Assembly (NCBI GenBank): GCA_004764695.1
Contig: SMSO01000031.1
Location: 1,340,436 to 1,404,435, forward strand
Reading direction: 5' to 3'
Source: Schizochytrium sp. TIO01
Lineage: Eukaryota; Protista; Bigyra: Labyrinthulomycetes
DNA length: 64,000 nucleotides
Positions 22,101 to 36,300 of the stretch are shown here, one piece after another. The stretch's first letter is position 1. Each line of letters starts with the position of its first letter. A program made the translations under genes and the position numbers. Below the pieces are notes generated by a model. The model was not told the DNA's origin. It did not search any database and saw only the letters and a list, made by a program, of their open reading frames with translations.

Positions 22101-24639
22101 TCAACGCAAGAAGAGAGCTGAACGCTATTGGTAATATGTTTAAACTAGATTTCACATTGATACGAGTTTAGCCTCTGGCTACTGTGAATGAACTGAGCGT
22201 GCTCACACTTAATCTGAATAATTTTGCTAATATACATTTGCGTGGAAAATTGATGGGTTGAGGTGAAAGCTTATTGGAACGGTTATTAATAAATAATCAT
22301 TAACAGACATGACGAATGCACACTTGGCGGTGCAAAAATGGCAGCACATTAAACTACTCTTCATCCAATCAAATGTCGCCACATTGCATGTTCATATTAA
22401 AAGAAGTCGTTGATGCCCAAAAGCATGGGTCTCTAGGACAGCATGGAATCTCTTGATTTTCAAATCTATAAACAAGATTCAAGTTCATAGCTCGGACATA
22501 GTCTCCGATTGAAAAATGATTCTTTCATCGCCAAAAGCAGTTTAAATTTTGGAAGGTCAAGCTTGCAGACGGTTTGTTCGCTTATATCTATCCATCTGAA
22601 GCAAATGTATCCACTCTATCTTAGAGCTCTTGATATCAGCTCTTGCTATAATAGTAGGTGAAGATTTATACTGCACAGTAGCAAGGTAAACTATGAAACG
22701 ACAGCTTATGCAATGGATAAATGCCAACAACCTTTACTAACTATGATTCAAAATAACTTCAGCAAGTCAAGCGTCGAATCATAATCACAATTGAAGAAAA
22801 GAAAAGAAAACAAAAACCATCCAATATCCATTGTAATTTCTCTCATGGTGAATGCAAAATTTACTTTTTCCTATGTAATTTTCTAAACGATAAAGTTTGA
22901 GATAAGGTCAATGAAGGTGTCGCGAGAAGTCGAAAGTCTCATTGGGCTTCAATCTTGAAACCTGATTGTAAAGTGAGTACTACTTTGAAACTAGTTGGGA
23001 TTGGTGGCAAGAGAACGAGACAAAGTGTTGCATACCAGGCCCAGATGTATAGCAAAATTAGATTCTGTGCGGTTGCCATTTATTCAAGACTTAAAGTTTG
23101 CACTAAGATTTAGCAGTAGTTGTAAGAATACAGCGCTGGCGGCCAACCTTTTGAAGAAAGGCTCACATATTGTAAATGTTACAAGCCTCGAAAAATCAAG
23201 CATAGTTGTTGGGAAAATCAAGACTGCGAAGGCGAAAAGCAGTCCTGAAGGGCTAGTTTAATGGTTGATAATTGGTTTCAGTATTATTATAGGAAGAATT
23301 AATTTAAATTTGGGATTTTAGTTGGACCAAGCGTAACCATCTAAATGCTTCTTCGAATTATCCTACGATGACCCTGCAATATTCAGCAAACCTTAAAAAA
23401 GAAAAATTATGTAGTGCTTCAATGGATGATAATTTATTTACATGAATGTAGATTTATTGGAGCTTCAGATACTAGCATAAATAAACTCATGGGGTGCGTA
23501 TTATACGGTGTTATTGTAGCAGAATTTATACCTAGGAAGAGAGGGGTTCCTTTATTCTGCAGCTAGCAAAACTCAAACAATGGGGGCTGTAAGAGTGCCT
23601 TATATGAAAGCGAGGGTTGTCTAGGCAAATGGTAAATGTTTGTCGAATGTTATATAAGTCAAGCGAGTTTTTTTAATTTCTTTTTTTTTAATTCAACACA
23701 CCTGAATGCATGGTAAAGAGACATCATCGATTCGCAATGAGTCTAGCATATGGGTTTGGTGTGAAAGGACAGATAATTTTATAAAAGTGTTTTCAGTTAA
23801 CATTTGGAAAACGCTGGCTTCCTTAAGGGTTCACGCTTTCAATTTGGAATCCTAATCTTGGCTAAGACCAAATTTAGCGAAAAGAGGGTTCCAAAAGGAT
23901 GAACCTCATGACTCACTTATGTATTCTGCATCGCCCAAATATCATGCAGGTCGTGTATAAGTTAATCCGTTTCTTTGGGTTGATAAGTGTGGAAACAACA
24001 TTTGTTGAAGGTTGAAGGAAATGATGACAGCGTCATCATTTTCTTATAGTATGGGCGTAAACCATTAAGTTATCGTTGAAGCAAAATAAATAAAAGGACG
24101 TATGTATTTAGTTTCCTTTGAGAAGGCAAAGTAACAAAGCGTCTTTTTATAACAACCTACTGAAACTGAGGTACAATATATTGCTCGCGGGGTAGAAGCA
24201 CGTTTGTCTTTGCCTCCCAGATTAGCTTTACTTATTAAGCGTGGTAAGTAGTGAAAAAAATCAGAGGTTTGGTCGTTTACTATATTCTGGTTGAACGGCG
24301 GAATACAACCTAGATTACGTGGCTTTTGAATGCATGTGACTTTTCTCTAGAGCTCAACGTCGTTATAGTTACTTACTAACTATAAACCTAGAATCTGCTA
24401 TATGGGAATATAATCATCTTCTAAGTGTTATCAATCACCAATAAAGTAACACTCAGTTGCGTGCTAAATATGGTCTGTGGCTAATTAGCAAGGTATTGTC
24501 GAAGGTGATACTTTTGTCGGGTAAGATATAATAACTATAGTTTAGGGATAAGACTGGTCGGTCTAGATCCAACCTTGGGTGGCCGCAAGACGTGTATTTC
24601 TAATTCACGAGTTTAAGTATGATTTTCAGAGTTCCGCAC

Positions 24640-26260
24640 TTCTTTGTTTCGAAATAAGGCTGGCATACAATCTATGAGGACGAATACCTACGGAATTTAG
24701 TTTGTTTTTACGGCTTCCTTACTACCCAGCTGTAATATAGTGCCAAATTATTCCCGCAGTGGTATTGCTAACCCTTGGCTGCGTTAAGGAATGGGCTTCA
24801 TGTTTCTGAACACTGGATATAGAAGACGAGAAATAGAGAACAGACAAATATTCCACTCTCGCCTTCTTACTGTCACTGAGGTTTATAACGAGTTGGAACC
24901 ATGATGGCCGCGTCGGAAAGTGATGCTGCAGTTTCCGATGTGGATTGAAAGGTGAGCAGATCTAAAGTAGCCCTAATATGCTTTAATTCTTTAACATTCA
25001 AATCAGCGAGGATAATTTTTTTCGTAGCGTATCCCGCACCACTCTCTCTTATCAGATTCAACTCATTAAAGTCCTTAAGTTCGGGTAAAAGCTTTACTAA
25101 AACACTCACTCATAACGTGGTCCAGCCATAGTCCGGCACCCCGATGAAAGTTTACAAGACCTGACATGCCATTCGTTGTCTTATCATTTGGGTCCTTGCA
25201 GCCTTACTTCTAAAATTCCAGAAGCGAACTTACTACTCGTTAAATTAGAGCACCGAGCAGAAAAAGAGGGATTTCAGACACCCCACTTTACAACGAAGGG
25301 CGGGTGCCATGAAAATCCTGGCCTGCGTCTCCCCGTTATGTCGACCCTCTGCTTTAGAGTGTTTCCCTCTGTTAGCATATTATATATGTGTATATATATG
25401 CACACAAAGCGTGCAGAACCAGGCGTTCCCGGAAGGATTGCTTTGCCTGTTGCTTGAGCTTTGAGCAGCAGTTTGAACTCTATAAGCACACTCGGTATAC
25501 GGCCCTGGGTAGTACTAGTGCCTTGAGAGGCCCACAGCAAGCCACCGCATTCATCCTACAGTCATCGCTTGAGCCATGACCTCGTGTTTGGGCATGTGTT
25601 TCGTGTCTGCAAGTAAAGTTGTGGTGTCTTTGCTGGTGGGCTTTTGTTCTTTTGGACATGCATACTATCAAACTCCATGCTACGAGAGAAAAGCGTTGGC
25701 ATTGCTCGAGTTTTAACCACGTACAACAACACGGAACGGTGTTATTCGAGGTTGCTTTTCGGTGTTAAAGTTCTTAAAATGCGCTAATCCTTTCATTCCT
25801 TGTTTCTGGCCACACAAAATCCTCCCAGCCCCTCCCTACAGGATGTGTAGTATTGCAAAGCAGAACCTCGGTCGTACCTAGTCCTTGAAGAAGAGATTCT
25901 ACGTTCCTGCGGATCCCCCAGAGCAACGGGTTTGCGGGGCCTCTTGGTGGCGGCGTTCAAGTCCTACAGAAGTTGCCCGCAATCCTGCTTCATCCAGAGA
26001 CGCCATCGTTGGAGGCTTTTTGTTCTTGTTTCCGTTCGTGGACGTGCCTTGTTTTTTCAGTTCGTAATTAACGAGCCTTCAATTGCACTCAGCGGAGAGC
26101 GTCCCTTTCCAAAGCCCATCTCTTGCTTGTTGAAGGTTGCGTTGAAGAGTATTTCCAAATGACTTTCGCGCGAGGACCAGAGTCCCCGACGAACATGATG
26201 ATTCGAGGGGCCTCCAGGTAGCCCTGAATTGGGTTTCTGTGGTAAAGCAAAATACACTGC
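24640..26260 (-). mobile_element. Decayed hAT-like DNA transposase relic
   Basis: Motifs occur in hAT order across frames: KVIWKY and AECN*RLVNY..GTS (BED-finger-like), ITPFRVV (~LPF..VE), LIEFKLLLKAQATGKAI (~HTGE.I), FSWHPPFVVKWG (~CxxH.LNLVVK.G), FRSKAAR, VPDYGWTT (~V.TRWNST), LKHIRATLDLLTFQSTS..SLS. There are many stops and no TIR was found. Confidence 0.45.
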
Positions 26261-27894
26261 TCAATTTAATTCATGTTTCCTCCTCGAAGAGAACTTCTTA
26301 CTCATTGCCAGAACAACTCTCTCGAAGCTTCATGCTTTCCCTCGACTTTATACCCAAATAGGCAAAAGCTCGATACATCATCGGTTTGATTGATGGTTAA
26401 AGAATAAAGTTGATTGATCAATCGATGCTGTTTGATTGGAGTAGGCACCTTGGACTGCTAAAGTGAGAGCGAATAAATCCCGGACAGTTGGCTGTTCCGA
26501 CTAAGCCTGGGTCAGGGGCGGAAAAACGCAATGTTGACCCACCATTCACCCCAGGCTGCATCATCGAAAGACAAATAAAGACAAACAGCTATTGCCATCA
26601 AGGTCCAATCGCGAAAATATTAGTTAAAAGAATCTGCGAGTCACGCAGGCCTTGGGTTTAACACACTTCATTCATAAGAGTCGTGAAATCTTTCAACATC
26701 AGTGGAGCTCAGGATTCACTCATATGATGTGAAGCATTCAGAAGTATCATTTCACTCCGAAATCTTGGTCTGATCTTGAACGGCGGCCAAGATCGAAGCT
26801 CAAAGCTCGATGCTCGAAGGACTTTGAACTTCGTATCAAACCATTTAGTGACGGGCTGCTTACTGTCTCAGCGACGTTTGAGTCAATACACCTCTTAATC
26901 GTGACAAGCGGTTTATCACTAAACCTTACACCTCTCCCGTCCTGCCCGACGCCAAGGTATGGCGCTTTAATTCGTATTCACTTATTTTATTGGTCACCTA
27001 GTTATAACTATTCAACTAAATAAATGAATAAATCAGCCATTCGCTCGAGAGAACAGACGTCCCACGAATGAGGCATACTATGTAGGAAAACTATTATTAA
27101 AAAAAAACAAAAACTGTTGGAAACAACAAAACAACTCATCAGCAGGAAAGGAAAACATTTTCGTTAAAAACTCTGGAAACACATAGGTGCTTAAGTGGAA
27201 ACTTATATAAAAAGGTGAATAGTAAATGGGAGATAACAAAAGAATAAGTGTAAAATAAAAACTTCCTAACACATTCTAAATAGCTTAAAAGATGTTAAGA
27301 GTGTAGTTAATAAATGATAAATTCGGTATTTAGTATTATTTATCTCTAAATAAATAAATAACTAAATTTAAAATTCTCAAAACGTGAAAAAACTAGGTAA
27401 GTTAAATGTTTTTAATAAAGGTTAAAAGAAAATTAAAAGACATCGAGCGTAGAGAGACAAGTCTACCCCCGAAGATAGGAAGGCTTATACCTTTTCCCGT
27501 GCTTATTTATGATCAAGGCATTGCAATTGATATCGGAGATTCCACATTAACGTTCTGACTAGTTGAGGTTGGTCTGAGGACTAGGACATTATAGAAGAAG
27601 TTTAATTTTGACTTTGTTAAGAGTTTCATAAGACGACCCCCACTCTCTGTTAAAAAAAAGAAAGAATTAGAAAAAGGCGGTCCAGGTTCCATAAGCGGTT
27701 CGTCTTACATAAACAAATTGAACTGGCTTAAAGTAAATAATCTAGGTCCCAACGACAACACTTGTCGGACTTTAAAAATATTTTTTAATCACACCCGACC
27801 AAAATATCTGTGATTGCAGATGTAATGCATGTGCGCTTCAACATAAGTTTTGGTCAAGAAGGTTGGTATAAACGCAGAGGAGAAAATCCTGAAT

Positions 27895-28560
27895 TGAACG
27901 ATAGACCAATTGAATAAGGATGAGTTAAGAGGTTATCTAGATAGTCATAAATTGTAACCAACATCAATACTTTGATTAGTGTTGAAGACAAACAGCAGCA
28001 ACGAAGAAATACAGATTTGCTCTGCACTTCAGCAATTAAGTTTGTATGTTATGGTCATCACTGGAAAGACCGTTTCACAAATTAAAACTTAGAAACGAGG
28101 TTGTTTTGAGGGACACTTTAGGAGACAATTATACGACTTTGAAAGATTTGAATGACAACGACATATTGTTTCGTCAAGAAAAGCTTCATTCAACCTTCTT
28201 CTGTTTTAGTGCGAATTGTTTAACAAATAAATATCTACCTGTGCATAACTTCACGATGTTGAGGGTTTTATTTAAAAGATAGAAAATATGACATCGTAAG
28301 CGAAGACAGACTATTCGAGGTAATGCAAATTTTACATTTGTAAAACAAGAAATAAATGAATCAATGCAAGAATGCAAAATCAATGACTGCATAAAACTCT
28401 GATAGCATAATCCTTTGATATAAAACCAAAATTAAAGACAACTGTTCTCGATAAGCCACGGAAATATTGGATCACTATCTATGAAAATTGGAGAAAAAAC
28501 AACTAATTTCAGGAGCAAGTGCTAGGCTTGCCCAACACAAAGGTTAAAAGAACGTAAGTT
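27895..28560 (+). pseudogene. Possible decayed LRR-gene fragment
   Basis: Fragments QICSALQQLSL, LRDTLGDNYTTLKDLN and SANCLTNKYL, with splice-like sites (ttttag at ~28209, gtaagt at ~28555). The frames are interrupted. Confidence 0.3.
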
Positions 28561-30272
28561 TAATCTAATATAACATTGATACTTGAAAAGTATACATATT
28601 TATGCTCGAGCCGTCTTGTGGGTGAAATCCAATTGTGCCACTGGTATTGTCTTACAAAGAATAAAACATGCAACGACACTTGTGTATTAATTTTGCCAAT
28701 AAATCTGGCTTGAGGAGCTTGTTGTAGTATTTATCACCAGCATCATGCATGCGATTTTAATTGAGGTTTGTTTAAAATATCATCGGATCACAGGCATCTT
28801 GATTTGTGCCTTTCATCGAATGAGATAACTAGGCCAGCATTCAACACTGATGCTTAGCTTTAAAATAATTGTATCTCATTGTAGTTGAATTTAAACAAAC
28901 TAAGCATAAAAGAACAGTGTTTACGTGCCTGATGACCTCAGAGCGTGTTCGCCTCTGACGCGATTGCATGGGTAAGGTGTTTACTAGGAAGAGCTCTATA
29001 AGGCAGTGGGAAAATATAAATGAGGGAAGGCACGTAAATATGCTAAAAATGTGAAGGAATAGAAAAAGGTCCAAAAAACACTACCATGAAGACATAATAT
29101 AATTTCGAAATAATTGAAAAATTAAGAATGAATAAAGTGAGTATACATATTATTTGAAAGCATTTTCTTTTTTCTAAAATATAATTTAAAAATATTTTCT
29201 TCCATAGACATTTTCAAATGTTAAATAAAAACATTACCTTAAAGTTAAAAAGAAAATATCAAAAAGTTGTACGCTAAATTAATCTTTGTTTTAAGTTAAT
29301 AAAAACAACTTTTAAGAATATCTATAAACATATTTGTCACGGGCTCTTTCTGCTGAACAGTGTGGGGTCTTCCTTTTAAAAAGGAGGAAGTTTTACTTAC
29401 AATTTATTTCATTTCGCAAAGTCTACAGACTTATCTCACACAGTTGTCTTGCATTACTACCTAAAGATTTTGTTAGAGAATTTACAGAGGTCTGGGGAAA
29501 AACCATTCAACTCAGAAACAGCATTTATTTTAAAAAAAAAAAAATTATAAAGAGAAAACAGTTAATTAAAAATTATATCATATATGATTGCAGAAGATAA
29601 AGATTCCATAGTGGAATATGTTTGCCTTAATACCATGCATATCTCACGCTTTGAGACTAATAGTCTTGCTTCCACCTTCTGAGCGCAAGAAATAGATGCC
29701 ATCAATGCGCAGGTAGGCAGTGTACCAAATTCATCCTTCGGGGTTGAAGAGTTAGAGTGTTTAGGCACCTGAATGCGTTGCCATTTTCTTTGAAAAGACA
29801 AAAAAGTAGGTTGCCTTGCTTCCTCTTTCAGCAATACTTCTGGCGTGCGCCAATAAAAGCACTCGTTTAAGAATTACGTATTGCCTATCCATCAGTCGGT
29901 CTTACGAAATGCAACAAACTAAGGCTTAGTTGAGCAAACCGCACACGACGATGGCAAAGAAGCGAGGCTGGTCATTCTCAAGTTGCTCCTGCCGGCCTGG
30001 ATTTTAGACTTTCAAGTCAAGCTTTGTGGCGGGGCGAGGAAGGATTCCTTCGATTTTTGTCGTTGGTTTTTTCCAAATGACATCTACAGCTGTACTACCC
30101 TGTCAGACAAACCAAAGAAGAAGAAAAAACTAACTTTTGCTTGGTACCTACTTACCCGTAGGCATTAGCTATACGATGGCTAGGTAGGTACCACCTACCT
30201 GCATCTCTAAAGATGAGGTTCTCAAGAGCACAGCTACGAAGTACAGCTACGAAGTAAGCTGTGGCTGCCTCG

Positions 30273-30381
30273 GAGAAATAGTCTGAGCCAGAAGAGATAG
30301 AAATATAGTCTGAACCAGAAGGGATAGAGATGTAGTCTGAGCCAGAAGAGATGAAAATGTAGTCTGAGACAGAAGAGATAA
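30273..30381. repeat. 27-bp tandem repeat x4 (tagtctgagccagaagagatagaaata)
   Basis: 'tagtctga' recurs at 30279, 30306, 30333 and 30360. A 13-bp duplication (acagctacgaagt) lies just upstream. Confidence 0.92.
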
Positions 30382-33300
30382 AGGGCGGCCCTCGTTCTTG
30401 GTTCGCAAAGCTAGGTTACCGACCGACTGCCTCTGCTTTTTATCGCAGAAAACTTACTTACACACACGCACAGGTGAGGGTCTTCAACTGTTGGCCAAGA
30501 GCGCAGCTGCAAGTCGAACCTCTTTGCACATTCTTGCGCGGAGGTGACTGACGAATTGTATTCGCAAGCGAATGTCGAAAGAGGTTTGGCATTATAACCA
30601 TGGCTGGATTATCTATCATTCTGTGTGACGAAGGCCGCAGGAGTTCTTGGTGTGGCCATGCATCTGCTGGCTGGAGTTTGGCGCACCATGCATCTGCTGG
30701 CTGGAGGTTCTCCAATCCTCTCCCAATATTTTGCTTGGTTGATTGGTTGGTTGCTGACCTGAGTTTTGTCGTCGTTCTGGCGACTTTTTATGTTGGTTGG
30801 AGTTGTGGTCTTGAGTTAGTTTCGTAGTTCGCGATGATCCTGGTGCAGTTGAAGATCATCATGAGAGATGATCCGAGATGAGAATATGACGGCATTCTGA
30901 GATTGGTGGCGGCAGCGTTTCAGCTGGTGAAGGAAGCACAGTCGGATCCTAGTTACGCAGATTGCTAGATAGTCGCACCGAAGCCACTCTGCCGAATAGC
31001 CAGCAGGAAGGTAGTTCAAGTGGTTTCTTTGCTTTGGGCTGCCTCGACTTGTAACTTTTGGCCAAAGCGGCCTCAGGTTTTGGGATCCAGTCCTCATTGT
31101 GATTGAGATTCGATTGCTGGAGGCTCGTCGCCCTCGTGGCCTTGTACCAACTGCTGTTGATAGATTTGCTCTGAAAATTCATTCATAGATCGAGTGACCG
31201 GTTGATCGAAGCTCATCATGAGAGAGATCTTGGAATCGTCCAAACGTTACTTTTCTAACGTGCTGTTGTGAGGTACGTTTACCTACTTCTCAGTTTGATG
31301 TTCTCAGGTCAACTGCCCTTCTATCAGCAGCCACTACAGGCTGTAGTGTAGACTTGCAGTTGGTGTAGGAAATCCGAGTCCAAACTCAGGGTAGTTTTAG
31401 GTTTTCTTGTTGCTTACTTTCGCTTCTTCAAGTTGCCAGGTCTTTGAGTGAAGTCGTGTTCATCCATTTTCGCACCGTTCGTCCAAGCAGTGGATGTCTT
31501 GGTCTCAACTTGCAGAAACCTTGATCATCTACCGAAATCTCAAAAGAAGCTTGCTTCAATGAAGTTGTGGTGTGTTAGTAGCTAGCTAGCTAGCTAGGAT
31601 TATAGTTTTCATCACTCATCAGCTGGTGAATCTCTGAATAAACTTTTTGTGCAGTGCTCTGCAGGTGCTGCTGTGAACCACCAATTCCAGTCGATCCATC
31701 AGCGATGATGGCTCTGAGGCCGTAGAAATATTTAGCCGCCTGCAATCAGGCAGTCGAAGCAGAATAAGCACAACGAACGAGGACGCTGAGAATGGCCAAA
31801 CAAAGCAGCGGCTGGGAATCGGGGGATCTGGCCTGGTGGATGAATGAATGAATTTTAATTTAATTCATGGATAAACAAGACAGCAACTTGCTAAAAGGGT
31901 TTAACTTATTACCTCTGAGTGGTGGCAGGTAGCTAATAAGTAACTGGTACACAACTGACTGTTGCCTCAGCCCAGGCTTGGAGAGAAGAGAGTGCATATG
32001 AAGGTATCAACCTATCAACCAGCCTCTTCGTTTTTCCAATAGAGTAGTAGGTATACTCGACCTCAAAAACGAAGTTTGCTGAGGATGGGAATCACACAGC
32101 AACTTGAGAATCTTACCTATTTGTTTTCCAAGTTGTTTTACCTTTTCAAGGTTTTTAGAGATGGCCTCACAATTTGCTGGTAAGAAAACACGAATCAAGC
32201 GAGGCTCCAGGCAACCGTTCCGAACTAACCTACCACCGGCCGCCACCGGTGATCTCGACGCACGAGTTAGACAAACAATCGATGGATGGCAATCGATCAG
32301 GCCATTTTATCTCTCGATGATAATATGAAAATCTACTCTTCGACTACAGCCTTTTCAGGTTGGCCCAAATCAGCGTTGATCGGCCATAATTTCAACAGTT
32401 ATCTCGATGCACACACTGCTACTTACTATTAATATTAGGACCTCTTATTTGGCGACCATCCACCCCTTTCCTGGAAAGTAGGTAGTAACTAGCACCTCCT
32501 ATATTATGGCTAGCCAATGCAAACTCTGTAAAAGATAAAACAACTTTGAACAAATAATGAGACAGATAGACGATAGAGCAGCAGAGAACACAAATAAAAA
32601 CCCGAATGCAGGAAAGGCGAGAGAGGAGAAGAAGGTGTTCGTAATAGTAAAAGCTTTGTCATGCGGGCCATGATAATGATGGCATTGATGGTTCCATGTG
32701 AGTACATATAGTGTGGCTTTAATGGTCGCTTAGGCGGCCCTTTCCAAGGCTTTGAAGAGGAGTAGTCTCTGTATTTTTAGACGACACTTTCTTGACCTGC
32801 GATATCTCCCTTATGAGGTCTCCTGAACTTAAAGATTAAAGGTTGTTTTACAACGTCGTCAAGACACTAGCTCGGATTGATTGATTCCTGTGTGCGGTTG
32901 CTGTAGTAGTCTAGCTAAAACTGAGGGTTAGTTTGAGGAATTGTCGATTTCACAGACGATTGAGGCAAATCAAATCAATTAATTCCATTTTATTTCAAAA
33001 TAATTTAATTCAATTCAATTCGAAGAAAGTGGGCTCCCCGGAGGGTTTTGGAAATATGCCAAGGCCGTGCCTCGCGGAGGTTTTCACCGAGGTTCCAAGT
33101 AACCTCCGGAGGCTAGGTATAGGTAGTTTCAAGTAAGGTGAGTGGAGTTCATCATTTATTTAGTTAGTTGGCTAGTGAGTCGGTAAGTTAGCAGCTAATC
33201 AGTTAGTCGTCACCTGCTAGCTTAATTAAAAAATAAAATAAAAGAATAAAGTCATGAATAATGGCAAAAGTGATAAATCGAATTGAATTGAATCATTTCC

Positions 33301-36300
33301 ATTGGTAATGAGATAATCCACGATTATTGCTTATAAGTGATGGAGGAAAAGAGAAGGGATTGAGGCGTGAGAACAATCTACCCGCAGCGAACGATGAAGA
33401 CCATTTTTTTTCAGTGGGGGAAGGAACAAAATCGTAATTGTCAAAGCGTCGTGATTCATAGATTGTTTGGTTCATTGGTACATCATAAGAGGTCTGTGAC
33501 TCAACTATATAAAAATCTCTACAGATGAGGAGAGTGTTGGGTGGCCGAGAAGAAAACTAGCTCACTACATCCATATGGGAACTTGATGTCAAGCTGTTTC
33601 TTAGTTTAGAAATAGAAAAGAAAAGAAAAGATGTGTTTACTTAAATAAAAAACGAACAATTGAAAACCAAATTGATGTTCTAAAAAATCGAAAAATGAAA
33701 TGAAAAAAGACAAGAGCTAGACTAAAAATGAAGGAGGGGGGTGACAATGCTATCTATATGAGCAATAGCGCTGCGGTTAGAGTAATAATTGTGTAATCAA
33801 AGCAAATATCTGCTAGTTGATATGGCTGAAAGTTCGGCGTGCTTTTGAATCAATTTCTATTTCATACTATGATCATGATGGTTACTAATTAATATTCTTC
33901 TTGAAGAGATGAAACTTTAAAGTACATAGCAATACAGGTCTCTTCACTGTTCGTAACCCTCCCTTCAAAAGTTAGATCTTCTGTCGAACTGTGTGATCTT
34001 CTTCCGGAGAGGCAGAAGAAGAAAATTTTGCCAAAACGATGATCAAGTATACGGGGCGGATCGTACTTGTTATCGTTTTATATTGCATTCTTTTTAAAAG
34101 AGAGATGCTGCATCTTCCTTTAGACCTCAGAGATGGCCTAGCTAGACCTGACTTACGCATGTTTGCGTTGTCACTCGGTCCTTTCTGTTGCTCTTGCATT
34201 TAAATTTTCCGTTTCTGCAGGAGTAGTTGAATGGAAGTAGATCTTTAACTTCCTCATCATCCTTCGCAGCCATTTCTTCATTGCGAAATTAAAAAAAGAA
34301 AAAGAACCACCAAGTAAAGCTTCTCTGACAGAAGAGACCGCTTATGAAGGAAGTCAGGCCCCTTTTATTCTTCAGTCGCGCCGACAATTAAAAAAAAAAT
34401 GTTACTGTGCTGTCAAAGAAAGAAAGGAAGCAAGGAAGGCCTAAAGAACTGAAGGAGCCGAACGAAGCCAAGGAACAGGAAGAAACCGTGGTACTCACCA
34501 CATATCTTGGAATATACATAAAATAAATATACATAAAATAATGAACGAGGTACTTTAGAAACGATAGCACTAAATATTTAAACATATTTTACAGTCTTCG
34601 AGGTTACCTTATGTGGCCTGGAGTAAGTCGCAAAAAAGACCAACAGAGATCTCGGCTTGCTTAAAAATTCATGCATAGGCATCTTATGCATTCGACAGTG
34701 ACGTAGCCACACAGCCTGGAGAAGCAGCTCATTCACGACGCACGCTCGCTTGCGCAGGCCCTCTTCAGATGTTGACAGCAATGATGTGCCACCTCCTGCT
34801 GCCGAATCAAAGAAGAAACTTTGCTCTTTCAAGGAAAAGGAATCAGTAAATGAAGGTTCACAGAAAGGAACTAGATTAAAGGGAGAAACCGATGCATACG
34901 GAAGAACGTCCTCTCCCTCTCTCATTCTCTCTTTGAAGATGTAGTGCTACGTGCAACTTTTTTTTAATTACCCCTTATCGTTTTCGCTACCATCACAGAA
35001 GGTGTATAAAACAGTGCTCATAGAGTTGACCAAGAGTAGCCCACTCATTGTTTATGGAATCGTAAATAAGTAAATGAATAAAATAATACGAAGGAGGAGA
35101 GAATATTTATGTTAAAAATGCCAGGTGAGGGAACTAGTAGGACGCTAATCAACAGGATTCTTAATAGTGTTCCGATGCTATTGTGTATTAATTAATGGCT
35201 AGTCAATAAGGGGTACGAGAGTCCCCAGGAAGAGAGTTCTGTGGAAAACCCGTTCCAAGTCAAAGAATGATGGCCGAGGCAGATGTCTTGTTTTCCTGGC
35301 TGGAGTGGAAAACGATGGCCAGACAACAAAGTAAATCAGTCATTTCTCATTTCATCACAGAAAATTGCCGGAGGAGAGGAGGCAATTGTGGGTAGGGTCG
35401 TTGATGAGCAAAAAAGTATTAAGAAGCAAACGCTATTTTTGAAGTTTGTGCGAGTGCAACTGACCACACATTTGTTGAGTTTTTTTGTTCTTAAAAAAAT
35501 ATCGATGAAAGAGATAGGTCTATTACATCTTCCCTGCACATCACCGTATAGGGTTTTGAGCCTCTTATCAAAAGTTAAAAAAGAAAGAAAAAAAAGGAAG
35601 GAGAGTGAGATAAAGTGAATGAATAGTGGAGATAAAACAGCTCTGTATATTAGGTTCACTGGCCTATATCAAAACTGTTTTTAGATTAAATAAGGTTGTG
35701 GGTAAGGGTCGGTATAAAAACTTCTAAATAAGGCTACACATGCTATAGACTATAAACAAACCTTTGAAATAGATTAGCAACCCTCCTTGGGTGGAGACAC
35801 ATTAGATTGCTTGAAAGGATTAGTTATACCGAGTACCTAAGCATAGTTTAGTTGTATTAAAAAAATATTTGAAGCTGTTAAAATAACATTACCTCGAGTC
35901 TAGTTTTTATTAGAGACAAACGAAGACATAGAGTCCAATTAGATATTGGTCCTCGTTCTTTCGTTTGAAAAAAGTTACGCACTTTGTGAATGCAATTCGT
36001 TCGCTAAGGACTTGATTAGGTTTTACTGGCTGTGAATTCAAAATGAATATGCTATTGACTGCGGATGGAGTCTTTTGGTAAACAGATAGAGTTGATGCGT
36101 ATAATACTCTCCCTTTGGACTTTGATTTACAATTTCTAAAATCAGTTTTGTTTCTTTGATGGCAGTCGTGGAGGGCGGGGATCTTTGACATAAGTGCCGT
36201 GATACTTGAAACCTGTTTTCTTATTCATCATCTCTGAGATAATGAAGCTATATATAGTGCAAAGAGGGCACAGCTGGTTGTTTAGTAACAAAGAATCGTT

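Noticed and set aside
30273-30381. Regularly spaced ~27-bp repeats as a CRISPR array
   Set aside because: They are head-to-tail tandem copies with no unique spacers, no cas genes and a eukaryotic context.
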